Positions 29,820-39,925 of a stretch of 64,000 nucleotides of DNA are shown one piece after another. This stretch comes from a virus. How positions within the stretch are numbered: the first letter of the stretch is position 1; each line of letters starts with the position of its first letter. The translations under genes were made by a program, and so were the position numbers. The stretch is from the IMG/VR virus record IMGVR_UViG_3300042197_003184, positions 75,965 through 139,964 of that record. One strand, written 5' to 3'. The notes under the pieces were generated by a model. It was not told the origin of the DNA and did no database searches. It saw only the letters and a list, made by a program, of their open reading frames with translations.

Positions 29820-30283
29820 AATACACCACAGAGGTTCTTGATCCAAGATAGATCTGGTGTTACTTTAGAAATTTTTATACCACTCATCTCAACAAAAGTA
29901 TCAAATATTTTTTTTGCATTTTCATCGAACAAGTGAGTACCATGATCATCGATCATATAAACTGTTTGAACTCCTTCTTGCCATAAGGCCATAATACAAT
30001 CATTACAGCATTGACCAGTAACATAAGCGATGCCGTTGTCTGGCCTTACAACACAGTTGGACAAGGCGTTTCTTTCACTATGAACCATCCACGGATATTT
30101 ATCCGGGCGATTTTTGGGCAGCTTTGAATCATCCAATCCTCTTGGATAACCATTATATCCTACGCCCAGAATTCTATTATGTTGATCAGTAATTACACAA
30201 CCGTGCTGGGTGTGTATATCATGACTTCTTTGGGAAATAACTTTTGCTAATCCCAAAAAATAATCTGTCCAGTTTGGTCTCAT
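29816..30283 (-). CDS. dCMP deaminase
   Basis: W..YF..LA, GYNG.P.G, HSERNA, CNDC. Confidence 0.88.
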   Translation of the reverse strand: MRPNWTDYFLGLAKVISQRSHDIHTQHGCVITDQHNRILGVGYNGYPRGLDDSKLPKNRPDKYPWMVHSERNALSNCVVRPDNGIAYVTGQCCNDCIMALWQEGVQTVYMIDDHGTHLFDENAKKIFDTFVEMSGIKISKVTPDLSWIKNLCGVL

Positions 30284-30298
30284 TCCTTTTGTTTTTGA

Positions 30299-30544
30299 CT
30301 ATTTTTCTAAGAGTTTTTTGTAAAATACCAAAGAAGCCACTGCTCCTGCGACTCCCATGATTACGCCAGATGGTTGTAAGGGCGTCATGCCCAACAGATA
30401 GGTTATTATACCACCGGCGTACGATCCTGCAACCCCTAGTGCTATAGTTTTCCAGAAACCGAAATTTTCTTCCCCTGGAACTATACTCTTGGCTATGGAC
30501 CCTACAAATAAACCATAAACACTCCAGACCATTAGACTAAACAT
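30299..30544 (-). CDS. GlsB/YeaQ/YmgE-family (transglycosylase-associated) membrane protein
   Basis: W...GL.VG.IAK.IVPG....G...TI.LGVAGS..GG pattern. Confidence 0.75.
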   Translation of the reverse strand: MFSLMVWSVYGLFVGSIAKSIVPGEENFGFWKTIALGVAGSYAGGIITYLLGMTPLQPSGVIMGVAGAVASLVFYKKLLEK

Positions 30545-30932
30545 TTGCTGCCTCCACTAAAGTAGCTACCTCATCATCCGTGAGAAATTCTCCTGTATCT
30601 AACAAAGCACTCAATATCGGTATAGAATACTTATTATAATCTTCTTTGCTCATTTCCTTTCGAAGAATTTTTTTAATTCTCATTTTAGTAAACCATCCCT
30701 TGCGTATGCTATATGAGCGTATTTGTTCGCCATATAATTGACATTTTTTTTGAGCCGTACAATATTCGTCGGCTTTGTCTTTGTTGCATTCTTGTAATAT
30801 GCGAACACAAGTTAATACTATACTGATAATCATTAAAACGGTGATAATAGCAAAACCGTAATTATCTTCTTTTGGTATATTGGTTTTAGATAGTATTTTA
30901 ACGGCAATATTTTTTAGTTTTTCATTAGGCAT
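30537..30932 (-). CDS. Hypothetical membrane-anchored protein
   Basis: Hydrophobic FAIITVLMIISIVLTCV segment. Confidence 0.6.
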   Translation of the reverse strand: MPNEKLKNIAVKILSKTNIPKEDNYGFAIITVLMIISIVLTCVRILQECNKDKADEYCTAQKKCQLYGEQIRSYSIRKGWFTKMRIKKILRKEMSKEDYNKYSIPILSALLDTGEFLTDDEVATLVEAANV

Positions 30933-30965
30933 TCTGTTGTTCTTTCTTAAATATTGGTAGTATAT

Positions 30966-30973
30966 TATACACC
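30966..30973 (-). promoter_or_regulatory. GGTGTATA intergenic motif
   Basis: About 34 bp upstream of the start at 30932. Confidence 0.5.
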
Positions 30974-30979
30974 ATAGAA

Positions 30980-32110
30980 CTATCTAATATATATCTCTAC
31001 TCTCATGCTACGATTAAGTCCTTGAGTACCGGCGGTAGAATACCAGTCACCAGCGGAGTATGATGCTCCATTGACAGATAAGCCTATTCCACCACTAGCA
31101 TCACAAGTATTAGCGTCATTTTCATTATTCCACACAAATCCCCACCTAGCATTAACAGAAGATCCAGAAGTATTCCCTATCATATTAAATCCATATCTTT
31201 TATATCCTGTTTGATGACTCCAGATAGCAGTATTCATACCAGGAAAATTTAGAGCATTATTAGAAATTTCTCTGGTATTTTGAAATAGATTTAATAGGGT
31301 AGATGGAGTAGTTATATCTTCTTTCCATATCCATCCATAAGACGGGGCGTATAGACTACCGCCTACCACTCCAACATCAGGCCAAACAGCCATAACCTGA
31401 GTACCTACATAAGTATTGAAAATATGGTACTTAGCATCAGCGTCGTTTCTGGTGGTATCGCTTGGATTTAAAGTATTGTTGGTGGTCCAATAATTGCTGG
31501 AATAATTAAATGTTGTGTCTCTGGTAGCTTTCATAGCAAGCATCCAGCCACCGTTTTCCAAAGAAGGATCCATTAAGCAATAGGTGTTTTGTCCGTTGAT
31601 TAGATAGGTTCCGTTATTGGCCGTGCCGCCCGATCTGTCTAGTATGGTTTTTGCGTTTGGCCAATTATATTCAGATGTCAACATTAAATCTCCACTTAAA
31701 ATCCATTTATTAGTATCTATTTTAGAGATTGCTGCTATGCCATAATTAATAATGTAATCACCTAGAGAGGAATTTATGGTTACTCCTGTATCCCCGACTA
31801 TTCTTAAAGACGACAGACTATTATTGGAGATATCTATAGATGCACCAATAGGAATATTTTCATTATCATTATTGGGTAAAATAATCTGAATATTGGATCC
31901 CTGAGTAGGATTAAAAACTATTAGGGATTTTCTGTCCGAATCTGTTAAGGTATAATCTACCGTACGATAGTATGCTTCTTTTCCAACTATAAAATCAGCA
32001 ACGTTTTTAAGAGAAACCTTGTAGGTCTTATTGTTGTTCGTTGCTGGAAACACCATAGATTCGCCGATGTTAACAACGTCTGGTAATAAACTGAGCTTAT
32101 TATTAATCAT
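30980..32110 (-). CDS. Fibre protein G: N-terminal anchor-like domains + fibrinogen-like domain
   Basis: N-terminal half paralogous to 50770-51675; C-terminal half (YCLMD...GGWMLAMK) paralogous to 32395-33249. Confidence 0.7.
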   Translation of the reverse strand: MINNKLSLLPDVVNIGESMVFPATNNNKTYKVSLKNVADFIVGKEAYYRTVDYTLTDSDRKSLIVFNPTQGSNIQIILPNNDNENIPIGASIDISNNSLSSLRIVGDTGVTINSSLGDYIINYGIAAISKIDTNKWILSGDLMLTSEYNWPNAKTILDRSGGTANNGTYLINGQNTYCLMDPSLENGGWMLAMKATRDTTFNYSSNYWTTNNTLNPSDTTRNDADAKYHIFNTYVGTQVMAVWPDVGVVGGSLYAPSYGWIWKEDITTPSTLLNLFQNTREISNNALNFPGMNTAIWSHQTGYKRYGFNMIGNTSGSSVNARWGFVWNNENDANTCDASGGIGLSVNGASYSAGDWYSTAGTQGLNRSMRVEIYIR

Positions 32111-32111
32111 T

Positions 32112-32381
32112 TCAGAGAATTTCTATATTAAACAAATTCTGTAATCCATTTTGTAGATCTTCGCCCAAAACCTCTAATACTCTATCTTCTAATTGAGCTT
32201 GAGTATAGTCTCCAGCGTTATCATACTCCGGACCTCTCCACACCATTAGTGGTCGGGCTGCTGGATGAAGTCTAACTAATACTGTTTTTCTTGACGGATG
32301 ATCAAAAATAACAATATCTAGATCGTCAAGCACTATTTCCGAACCATTTGCATTAACCGTAATTGGATTATTTAATTTCAT
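32112..32381 (-). CDS. Small fibre-associated hypothetical protein
   Basis: 89-aa ORF between fibre genes. Confidence 0.55.
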   Translation of the reverse strand: MKLNNPITVNANGSEIVLDDLDIVIFDHPSRKTVLVRLHPAARPLMVWRGPEYDNAGDYTQAQLEDRVLEVLGEDLQNGLQNLFNIEIL

Positions 32382-32394
32382 AATTGATACCCTT

Positions 32395-33249
32395 TTATCT
32401 AACGTAAATTTCTACTCTCATACTTCTATTGTATCTTTGCGTCCCAGCGGTATTGTATTTATCTCCAGCAGAATAATTCACTCCATAGCTCATACCAATT
32501 CCACCACTAGCATCACAACTATTAGCGTCATTTTCACCATTCCACACAAATCCCCACCGAGCTGCTGCTGAACCAGCACCACTTACTCCATTATGTCCGC
32601 CAGAAGCCCCCTGAACATTAAAGCCATATTGTCTATATCCGTCTTGATAACTCCAAACATTACTATTAAAACCACCAAAATTAAATCCTGTGCCATAATA
32701 TGTAGTGGTTTGAAATAGATTTAATAATGTAGATGCTGTTGGCATGGTTTGTTTCCATATCCATCCATATGCTGGTGCATTTATACTACCACCTGTCACA
32801 TTTAAATCTGGCCATATAGCCATAACTTCAGTACCAACAAAAGTATTAAATATATGATATTTAGCATCAGCATCATTTCTGGTAACATCTGTTGCATTTA
32901 GTATGTTATTAGTAGTCCAATAATTTGCACTATAATTGAATGTTGTACCTCTCGTAGCTTTCATAGCCAACATCCATCCTCCTCCGTCTACCGCACTATC
33001 CATAATACAGTAAGTTGGGTTATTATTAATTATATAAGATCCATTGTCTGCTGATGGTATAATATTTTTAAGAGCAGAGGCACTATTCCAAGATGTTTCT
33101 GTTAAGTCCGTAAATCCTCCAGAATATGGAACTACACCAGTAACTGCTGTGGAATAATTTCCTGTGCCTATTGGGTTTACGGCTGCCACTTGGAATGAGT
33201 AGGACAAATCGTTAGTTAGTCCTGTAAGTAGTTTATTGAGTTTGGCCAT
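32395..33249 (-). CDS. Fibre protein F: FN3 C-half + fibrinogen-like domain
   Basis: Starts LTGLTNDLSYSFQVAAVN; YCIMD...GGWMLAMK; RBS AGGAG. Confidence 0.75.
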   Translation of the reverse strand: MAKLNKLLTGLTNDLSYSFQVAAVNPIGTGNYSTAVTGVVPYSGGFTDLTETSWNSASALKNIIPSADNGSYIINNNPTYCIMDSAVDGGGWMLAMKATRGTTFNYSANYWTTNNILNATDVTRNDADAKYHIFNTFVGTEVMAIWPDLNVTGGSINAPAYGWIWKQTMPTASTLLNLFQTTTYYGTGFNFGGFNSNVWSYQDGYRQYGFNVQGASGGHNGVSGAGSAAARWGFVWNGENDANSCDASGGIGMSYGVNYSAGDKYNTAGTQRYNRSMRVEIYVR

Positions 33250-33257
33250 ATATTCTC

Positions 33258-35138
33258 CTAGAATGTGATGCTCCCGCTGCCTGTGAACGTGTAGTATGTG
33301 TATCCGCCGCTCTCGGTGCGCGTTGGCGAGCCGGTTGTAGACGCAGCAGTCACGGAGCCAAGCGTTCGCAAAATCACAACGCCAGAACCGCCAGCGCCGC
33401 CGCTTCCAGCAACGCCACTGCTTGACCCACCACCACCGCCGCCCGTGTTAGCGATTCCAGCCGAACCGGGATTGTTGGGATTCCCATTTCCGCCGGCACC
33501 GCCTCCGCCGAGTCCGGCTGCGCCGACCGTGCCGCCGTCCCACAGACCCCCAGAGCCACCGCCCGCGTAGTAGGTTCCGTTGAGCCACTGCGACCCGTTG
33601 CCACCAGCGCCGGAGTACCCAGTATTAGATGCACCACTTGCAGCACCGCCAGCGGCACCTGCGCCACCACCGCCACCACCGTGTCCAGCGGTTGCGTCGG
33701 ACGAACCTGCGCCGCCGCTGTTGCCCTGTCCTGACGTGCCGGTGCCAGCCGTTGTGGGATTTGTTCCAGCCCCGCCACCACCGGAGCCTCCGGTGCCGCC
33801 AGCGTAGGTTTGCCCGGTGCTTATGCGAGTGCCGCCGCCACCACCGCCGGCCGATGTAACCGTGAAGGCCGATGAGTTGCTTCCAGCAACACCAGCGCCG
33901 CCGATGTTTACCCCGCCAGCGCCACCAGAACCGACCGTTACCGTGTATTGAGTACCGGCCGTCAACGTCGTTGAGCCAGACCGATACCCGCCAGCGCCGC
34001 CGCCACCGCCGTGCGAGCCGCCGCCACCGCCACCGCCTGCTATGACGAGGTATTCAACCGTAATGGATCCAGATGAAGAAACAATTAACGTTGCAACACT
34101 GCTAATGAGGCTCACTCCTCCTGTTGATTTGACTATACAACGATAAATTTCTCCATTATTATCAGCTTCAGTTAAATTTGATAAAGATAATGTACTGCTA
34201 GTGGCTCCAGAAATATTAGAAAAAGATGAATTGCCTTTCTTTTTCTGCCACTGATAACTTAGTGTTGCTCCTAATGTAACACTAGCGGTTATGCTAAATG
34301 AAGCATTTCCAGCACTAACAGTTTGATTAGATGGTTGAGAGCTTATGGTAATAATTGGAGAAACTGGGAATGGTACAGGTGATGGTGTGAAGTTGGATGA
34401 ATAACGGGCTATTCCTTTGGTTATTCTGATTTCGTCAATATATCCTGATAATAGATAGTTAGTATCATAATATCCTCCAACACAAAGATGTTGACCAGAA
34501 CAGTTGCCACTAGCTGTGCCAGAAGCTGCAAGATTACCATTGACAAATATTCTAATAATCCCAGACTGTCTACAGACCGCAATATGATACCACTGATTAG
34601 TATTGATCAACGATGCTGGTGTTGCGATGCTTGTTCCGGCAACATTTACTCTAAGAGCACCATTATTATAATTGATTATAATGCCGGTTGTATATGAGGT
34701 TGATAGTCCTCCGGACTGATTAGTGGTTTGGATCCAGCCTCTTTGGGTAGTAGAAGATACATCACTGGAATAAACCCAAGCTTCTACTGTAAAATCACCA
34801 GTATCAAAAGCAAAAGACGAACTACTAGCCGACAAATAATCTCCAGACCCATCAAAATAAGCCGAAGACCCACCGAACTTGCTCTGATCTGACGATTGAG
34901 TAGCATCCCCCGATACTGTTAACGTATGATTATACGACGAACTATCAACAAAAGAATTTCCAGTTCCGTCCATATGCATCAACAAACTCACATTACCAAA
35001 ATAAGGATCTGGTACTGGCATAGCAGTATATAATGTATTGTAAGCTCCTTGTCCAATACTATTAAGAGCAGCAACTCTAAAAATATAGTCGCCACTAGGA
35101 AGAGGAGAAATATTAGCTGTAGTATTAAGTGTTGTCAT
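33258..35138 (-). CDS. Fibre protein E: FN3 C-half + LamG + Ig-like + Gly-rich domain (start refined to 35138)
   Basis: TAATG coupling to gene D; DPYF..VSLLMH LamG; YQWQ Ig; VEYLVIAGGGGGG...FTGSGSITF. Confidence 0.78.
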   Translation of the reverse strand: MTTLNTTANISPLPSGDYIFRVAALNSIGQGAYNTLYTAMPVPDPYFGNVSLLMHMDGTGNSFVDSSSYNHTLTVSGDATQSSDQSKFGGSSAYFDGSGDYLSASSSSFAFDTGDFTVEAWVYSSDVSSTTQRGWIQTTNQSGGLSTSYTTGIIINYNNGALRVNVAGTSIATPASLINTNQWYHIAVCRQSGIIRIFVNGNLAASGTASGNCSGQHLCVGGYYDTNYLLSGYIDEIRITKGIARYSSNFTPSPVPFPVSPIITISSQPSNQTVSAGNASFSITASVTLGATLSYQWQKKKGNSSFSNISGATSSTLSLSNLTEADNNGEIYRCIVKSTGGVSLISSVATLIVSSSGSITVEYLVIAGGGGGGGSHGGGGGAGGYRSGSTTLTAGTQYTVTVGSGGAGGVNIGGAGVAGSNSSAFTVTSAGGGGGGTRISTGQTYAGGTGGSGGGGAGTNPTTAGTGTSGQGNSGGAGSSDATAGHGGGGGGAGAAGGAASGASNTGYSGAGGNGSQWLNGTYYAGGGSGGLWDGGTVGAAGLGGGGAGGNGNPNNPGSAGIANTGGGGGGSSSGVAGSGGAGGSGVVILRTLGSVTAASTTGSPTRTESGGYTYYTFTGSGSITF

Positions 35139-38100
35139 TATACTATACCCCATTTAGATATTAGATACGCTTCAACAAGGTCGGCTTCGGCGTCGCTGAT
35201 TTTGCTGTTATAGGCGACGATCTCGCAGATGTACCCGCTCCACGGATATTCATTGTTATAGGGGTATGCGCCGATCTGCGTCGGTTGGTTTGTTGTTGTA
35301 ATGCCAGAAACGTTAGTATCTGCCGTGCCGTCAACACCATTTAGGCCCACAAATCCGTTGTCGGCACCCAGCCTGAGCGCGGCTAGGAATGTCGTGTTTG
35401 CAGAAATACTGCCCTTCGTTGGCGCGCGAAGACTCGGGGTCCACCAATGCGTTTCAACATTAGACCCGTTGATGCGAAGAAACTGATGGGCGCGTGGGTT
35501 GACATTAGGGTTGTCCTTGTTCACCAGCAAACCAATGCTTGACGTGGATGTTTTTTGTGCGACAACAAACAGCGACACATGCCCAGACCCGTTTTCAATA
35601 TTGCCACTGAACTCCAGCCCGTCGTTACTGCCGTCAAAAAACAGCGCATCCTTAGCGCTGACGACGCCCGCCTTTCGCAGCGGCCGATTTGCACTCGTCC
35701 CCTGCGTCGCGTGCCGCCCGTTCCCCGACTTGTCCTCCCACCGCGCCACGCTGCCATCGGCTGCGACGAGACTGCCCCCACTAGTCGAATCATAGAGCGT
35801 AGAAGCATCACTACTATCTAGCCACAACTGCAATCCTGATATTGAGCTGGGACTAAATGTTGGGGGTGTTGGCGGCGTTTCAATATGAGAAGTCCAATTA
35901 TTTCCTCCATCATTACTATATTGTACTAAGTATCCAGTTATTGCTGGTAACACTAGTTCATTAGACCAATTTAATTGGACACCACTAACAGAAGTTTGGT
36001 TAATAGTAAAGTTTGGTGGAGGTGGAGGAACTTCTTGATAATCTATCCAATTATTACCACCGTCAGTAGAGTATCTAACATTATAAGAAATTGGCAATGA
36101 ACGACCATCATCCGCTGGACTGTCCCAAGTTAATAATGCTCTACTATCACCAGCAGCTCCTGTCAAGTTGTTGATGATTGAAGGCACAGTAGCCTCAGAA
36201 ATATTAGGAGTAGCAGAAATTATAGAGGTATAGCTACTTGAACCAACACTATTTACAGCTTTCATTCTGAAATAATATGTTGTTCCATTGGTTAGTCCCG
36301 TAACATAAATACCACTATTTGAAAATGCTAAAGTATCAGTAAAAGTAGTCCAATTAGTTTGATCAGTACTATATTCTATAGAATACGTTGTGCTAGATGG
36401 CAATCCACCGCTATTTCCTTTTGTCCAAGATAGTGCTACTAGCTGATCTCCTGGATCAGCAGCAAAATTAGTTACTGATGATGGGACTATAGCGGTAAAG
36501 TCTATGTAAAAATAATTATTGTAACCGTCTTGAACTACAGAATACTCGGATTCTGTTGTGGAACTTGACCCGTTAGTAATACCACTATACGGCCATAAGT
36601 CTTTTAATACTGTTCTAAAATATACTCTTCCACTCAGATCTACCAATGGAGTTAAATGATTATCAGTATTTCCGTATGATATATATTTAAGATTTATGTC
36701 GTTTGCAGAGTTTGTGTATGTCCATAATCCTTCGGCAGGATTTAATGAATATTGGAATTTTAGAGCCGTATCATTGCCTGTATACCAACTATTGTCTGGC
36801 GTTGGACCATATCCATTAGCGTATACACCTATATTAAGTCTTTCATTAGCATTAGCATACAAACCAAAATAAGATTTATTATTTATAGTTTCATATTGTC
36901 CGGTATGTCTATTATAATCATGATAGAACTCATAATTATAATAATTGTAACTTAGATTGACTAATCTAACAGCTGGTGTTACCACAGTTGTTGAGTATGC
37001 AGAAGTTACTACGCATCTTACAGGATCTTTTCCTGCTGGACTATTATAAGAATAGTTATTTGCAGCATTAAATGATTGAGTATTAATAGTTAAACTTGAT
37101 GATGTGGCACCATCAATATTTTGCCAACTTCTTCCATAGTCTCCATAATAGTTATTAATGTCTGTATCGTATTTTTGCCACTGATATGTTAATGCAGAAT
37201 TGTCCGGGATTGTCGCGGTAACAGTGAAAGTTGTGCTTTCATTATAGCTTATTACTCTATCGTTTTTCGGTGCTGAAGTTATTGTTAGTACTGGAGGAGG
37301 AGCAACCAGAGTCGAAGAGCTTGTTAGATAATTGCTATATCCTCCACTATTTTGTGCTCTAACTCTGAAGATATAATTTTTATTATTTGGCAAGTTAATT
37401 ACTCTAGCATTAGCAAATTCCGTACTGAACACAGCCGTAAATGCTTCTGTGTACAATGCCTCTCCAACGGTATATCTTAATTCGTCTAGTCTTCCTAGTA
37501 TATAGTTGTTTGGATTATGAGATGCTGATTCTCCTCCCATAATAACAAGACCTCCGGATGAGAAATTGTCATTATTAGTATCTGCTATTTCTAATATCTT
37601 TGCTCCTTCGAGGAAAATTCTCATTGTTCCATTATTGCGACAAAAGGCTAAGTGTATTGGTTTCTTATTGTATTGACCGACACCGTAATTATTTGTATTA
37701 CCTCTTAATGAACCAGATACATTGACACTATAAACGGAAGACCCATTAACATATTTATGAATTCTAACAGTATTCCAGTCAATATTTTGTATACCAAAAT
37801 ATGATCCAGATGAACCGTTGTGGGAGCCAAATAGTCTACCTATACCACCAACAGCATATGGTTCATCAAACATGACAAACATTTCAAGAGTGTAATTCCC
37901 TGTCCCGGGATTTAGATCACTAGAACTGTCAACTTTAACAATATAAGGAGAAGAGTATCCTGATGTTCTATTGTATTGTATGTCTAAACATCCTGTTCCA
38001 AATTTTTGATATGTACCAGCAGATGATGCTCCTCCAATGAATGCTGGATTGTTATTAGTATTCCAAAGAACATTTCTATTATAAAGAGAATAATCTTTAA

Positions 38101-39910
38101 CTTTAGCATTACCTCTAATATCCCCCTTATTAAAGTGGAGCAATAGTCTGGTTGGAGATGACGAAACCGATGTCCATGATTGGGGATCTGTATCTTCTGT
38201 ATATTGTAGATCATAAGATACTAATACTGATTTGTCGCTTGGAGGAGCAGAGAAGTCTATTTCTGCCGAAGCATCTCTACCATAAGCTGTTATACTAGGT
38301 GGAGCTTCTGGAGCAGTTATGGTTGGGGCTATATTTGAGAATGGTAGGGTTGGAGGTGTGAATATTGTGCCATCCGGATATCTGCATACTCCGCGAGTAA
38401 TACGAATATCATCTAGATAACCTGCATAAAATGCAGTGTTATGGTATCTTCCAATATTTAAAGGACCAGTACCAGTAGCTATTCTACCACTAGAAGATCT
38501 TGTTGTTATTTGAGTACCATTCTGATAAGTTCTTAAAGTATTGCCTTGTCGAACAACAGCATAATGAACCCAATTATTTAAACTAATAGCGCCCATATCC
38601 ATTTCGCTAGCAATATTCCAATTGTCATAGTTAGGATCTTGACAAAAATAAGCCCGAACTCTGTTATTAGCTGCATAGCCTATTAAAAATGGGTTATATC
38701 CTTGATCGGTATTTGTGCGACACATTACTGATCTACCACTAGTACTATCAGTTCTATATTCCCAATACTCTATTGTGAAATCTTCAGCACCAAAATCAAA
38801 TCCAGGATGATCCGGAATCGTCACATAGTCTCCACTACCATCAAAATACATACTTGATCCACCAAATTTATTTCGTGCAATACTGATTTTGGCATCGCCT
38901 TGAGCTGTGGAAGTTTTGGGTAAGTACGATGAGTCTACAATGTTTGTACTATTATGACTTTCGTCAAAATGCAATAACAGCGAAGTGCTGTAGAAATATG
39001 GGTCTGGGTTGGTGTCAACTGCTGGTTCTGCTGGAACTAGATTTGATTCGCTAACATATGAACCAATACCAGTATAATTAACAGCACCCACTCTAACGCT
39101 ATATGTTGTGCCGTTTGTGAGTCCCGTAACACTAATAGCAGGAACAACACTGGGAGAGTGAGCAAAATCCGTCCAGTTAGTGCCGTCTGTTGAATATTGG
39201 ATACTATAATCAGTTATTATTCCACCATTATCCTCAGCGGGTGCTGTCCAAATCATATTAATTTTTTGTACCAATGGACCAGCGATAAGCTCTGTTGGAG
39301 CATTGGGCGGGGTGACAGGAGTTCCAGTAGAAGGAAATGGAGCATGTAGTGTTTTGATATCAAAATTAGATGTATATTTGGCAGATCCTATGCCTTTGGT
39401 GATTCTGATTTCGTCCATAAAGCCACTAAAGGTTTCACTACCATTAGTACGTCCCCCAATGAATAATGACTTGCTTGCTCCTAGATCACCACCATTACTA
39501 ATAGACAATGATGCTGTACCATTAATAAAAACCTTAACGGTGCTGCCGCTTCTAACAAGAGCCAAATGACTCCAAGAGTTTAAAGGAACATTGCCAGGAT
39601 TCCAATTATATTGAGAGTTATTAATATATAGATTATCACCACCAGTACCCATTCTCCATAGTATACCGCTTGTATAAGATCCTATTTCAAATAATGTTCT
39701 CCAATTATTATTATCATAAGCGTAAACCCATAATTCTACTGTAAAATCACCGGTTCCGAAACCAAAATCAGTATTATCAGCAACTGAAGCATAAGCCCCA
39801 TTATTCAAGTATAAAGAAGCTCCACCAAATCGACTTCTTAGGGAGCTGATAGCTGCTCCATTATTTAGTGTGACGGTTTTAGGTTTTGGTGACGAATCTA
39901 TTATACTCAT
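35138..39910 (-). CDS. Fibre protein D: multiple LamG, FN3 and Ig-like domains
   Basis: Starts inside a LamG domain; contains two unpaired FN3 N-halves before a high-GC terminal LamG-like domain. Confidence 0.8.
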   Translation of the reverse strand: MSIIDSSPKPKTVTLNNGAAISSLRSRFGGASLYLNNGAYASVADNTDFGFGTGDFTVELWVYAYDNNNWRTLFEIGSYTSGILWRMGTGGDNLYINNSQYNWNPGNVPLNSWSHLALVRSGSTVKVFINGTASLSISNGGDLGASKSLFIGGRTNGSETFSGFMDEIRITKGIGSAKYTSNFDIKTLHAPFPSTGTPVTPPNAPTELIAGPLVQKINMIWTAPAEDNGGIITDYSIQYSTDGTNWTDFAHSPSVVPAISVTGLTNGTTYSVRVGAVNYTGIGSYVSESNLVPAEPAVDTNPDPYFYSTSLLLHFDESHNSTNIVDSSYLPKTSTAQGDAKISIARNKFGGSSMYFDGSGDYVTIPDHPGFDFGAEDFTIEYWEYRTDSTSGRSVMCRTNTDQGYNPFLIGYAANNRVRAYFCQDPNYDNWNIASEMDMGAISLNNWVHYAVVRQGNTLRTYQNGTQITTRSSSGRIATGTGPLNIGRYHNTAFYAGYLDDIRITRGVCRYPDGTIFTPPTLPFSNIAPTITAPEAPPSITAYGRDASAEIDFSAPPSDKSVLVSYDLQYTEDTDPQSWTSVSSSPTRLLLHFNKGDIRGNAKVKDYSLYNRNVLWNTNNNPAFIGGASSAGTYQKFGTGCLDIQYNRTSGYSSPYIVKVDSSSDLNPGTGNYTLEMFVMFDEPYAVGGIGRLFGSHNGSSGSYFGIQNIDWNTVRIHKYVNGSSVYSVNVSGSLRGNTNNYGVGQYNKKPIHLAFCRNNGTMRIFLEGAKILEIADTNNDNFSSGGLVIMGGESASHNPNNYILGRLDELRYTVGEALYTEAFTAVFSTEFANARVINLPNNKNYIFRVRAQNSGGYSNYLTSSSTLVAPPPVLTITSAPKNDRVISYNESTTFTVTATIPDNSALTYQWQKYDTDINNYYGDYGRSWQNIDGATSSSLTINTQSFNAANNYSYNSPAGKDPVRCVVTSAYSTTVVTPAVRLVNLSYNYYNYEFYHDYNRHTGQYETINNKSYFGLYANANERLNIGVYANGYGPTPDNSWYTGNDTALKFQYSLNPAEGLWTYTNSANDINLKYISYGNTDNHLTPLVDLSGRVYFRTVLKDLWPYSGITNGSSSTTESEYSVVQDGYNNYFYIDFTAIVPSSVTNFAADPGDQLVALSWTKGNSGGLPSSTTYSIEYSTDQTNWTTFTDTLAFSNSGIYVTGLTNGTTYYFRMKAVNSVGSSSYTSIISATPNISEATVPSIINNLTGAAGDSRALLTWDSPADDGRSLPISYNVRYSTDGGNNWIDYQEVPPPPPNFTINQTSVSGVQLNWSNELVLPAITGYLVQYSNDGGNNWTSHIETPPTPPTFSPSSISGLQLWLDSSDASTLYDSTSGGSLVAADGSVARWEDKSGNGRHATQGTSANRPLRKAGVVSAKDALFFDGSNDGLEFSGNIENGSGHVSLFVVAQKTSTSSIGLLVNKDNPNVNPRAHQFLRINGSNVETHWWTPSLRAPTKGSISANTTFLAALRLGADNGFVGLNGVDGTADTNVSGITTTNQPTQIGAYPYNNEYPWSGYICEIVAYNSKISDAEADLVEAYLISKWGIV

Positions 39911-39925
39911 TTTATTATGGCCCTA

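Noticed and set aside
30980-33100. Diversity-generating retroelement between the two fibrinogen-like paralogs
   Set aside because: No reverse transcriptase in the window, both copies are coding, and differences are not adenine-specific (e.g. ACT vs AGT)
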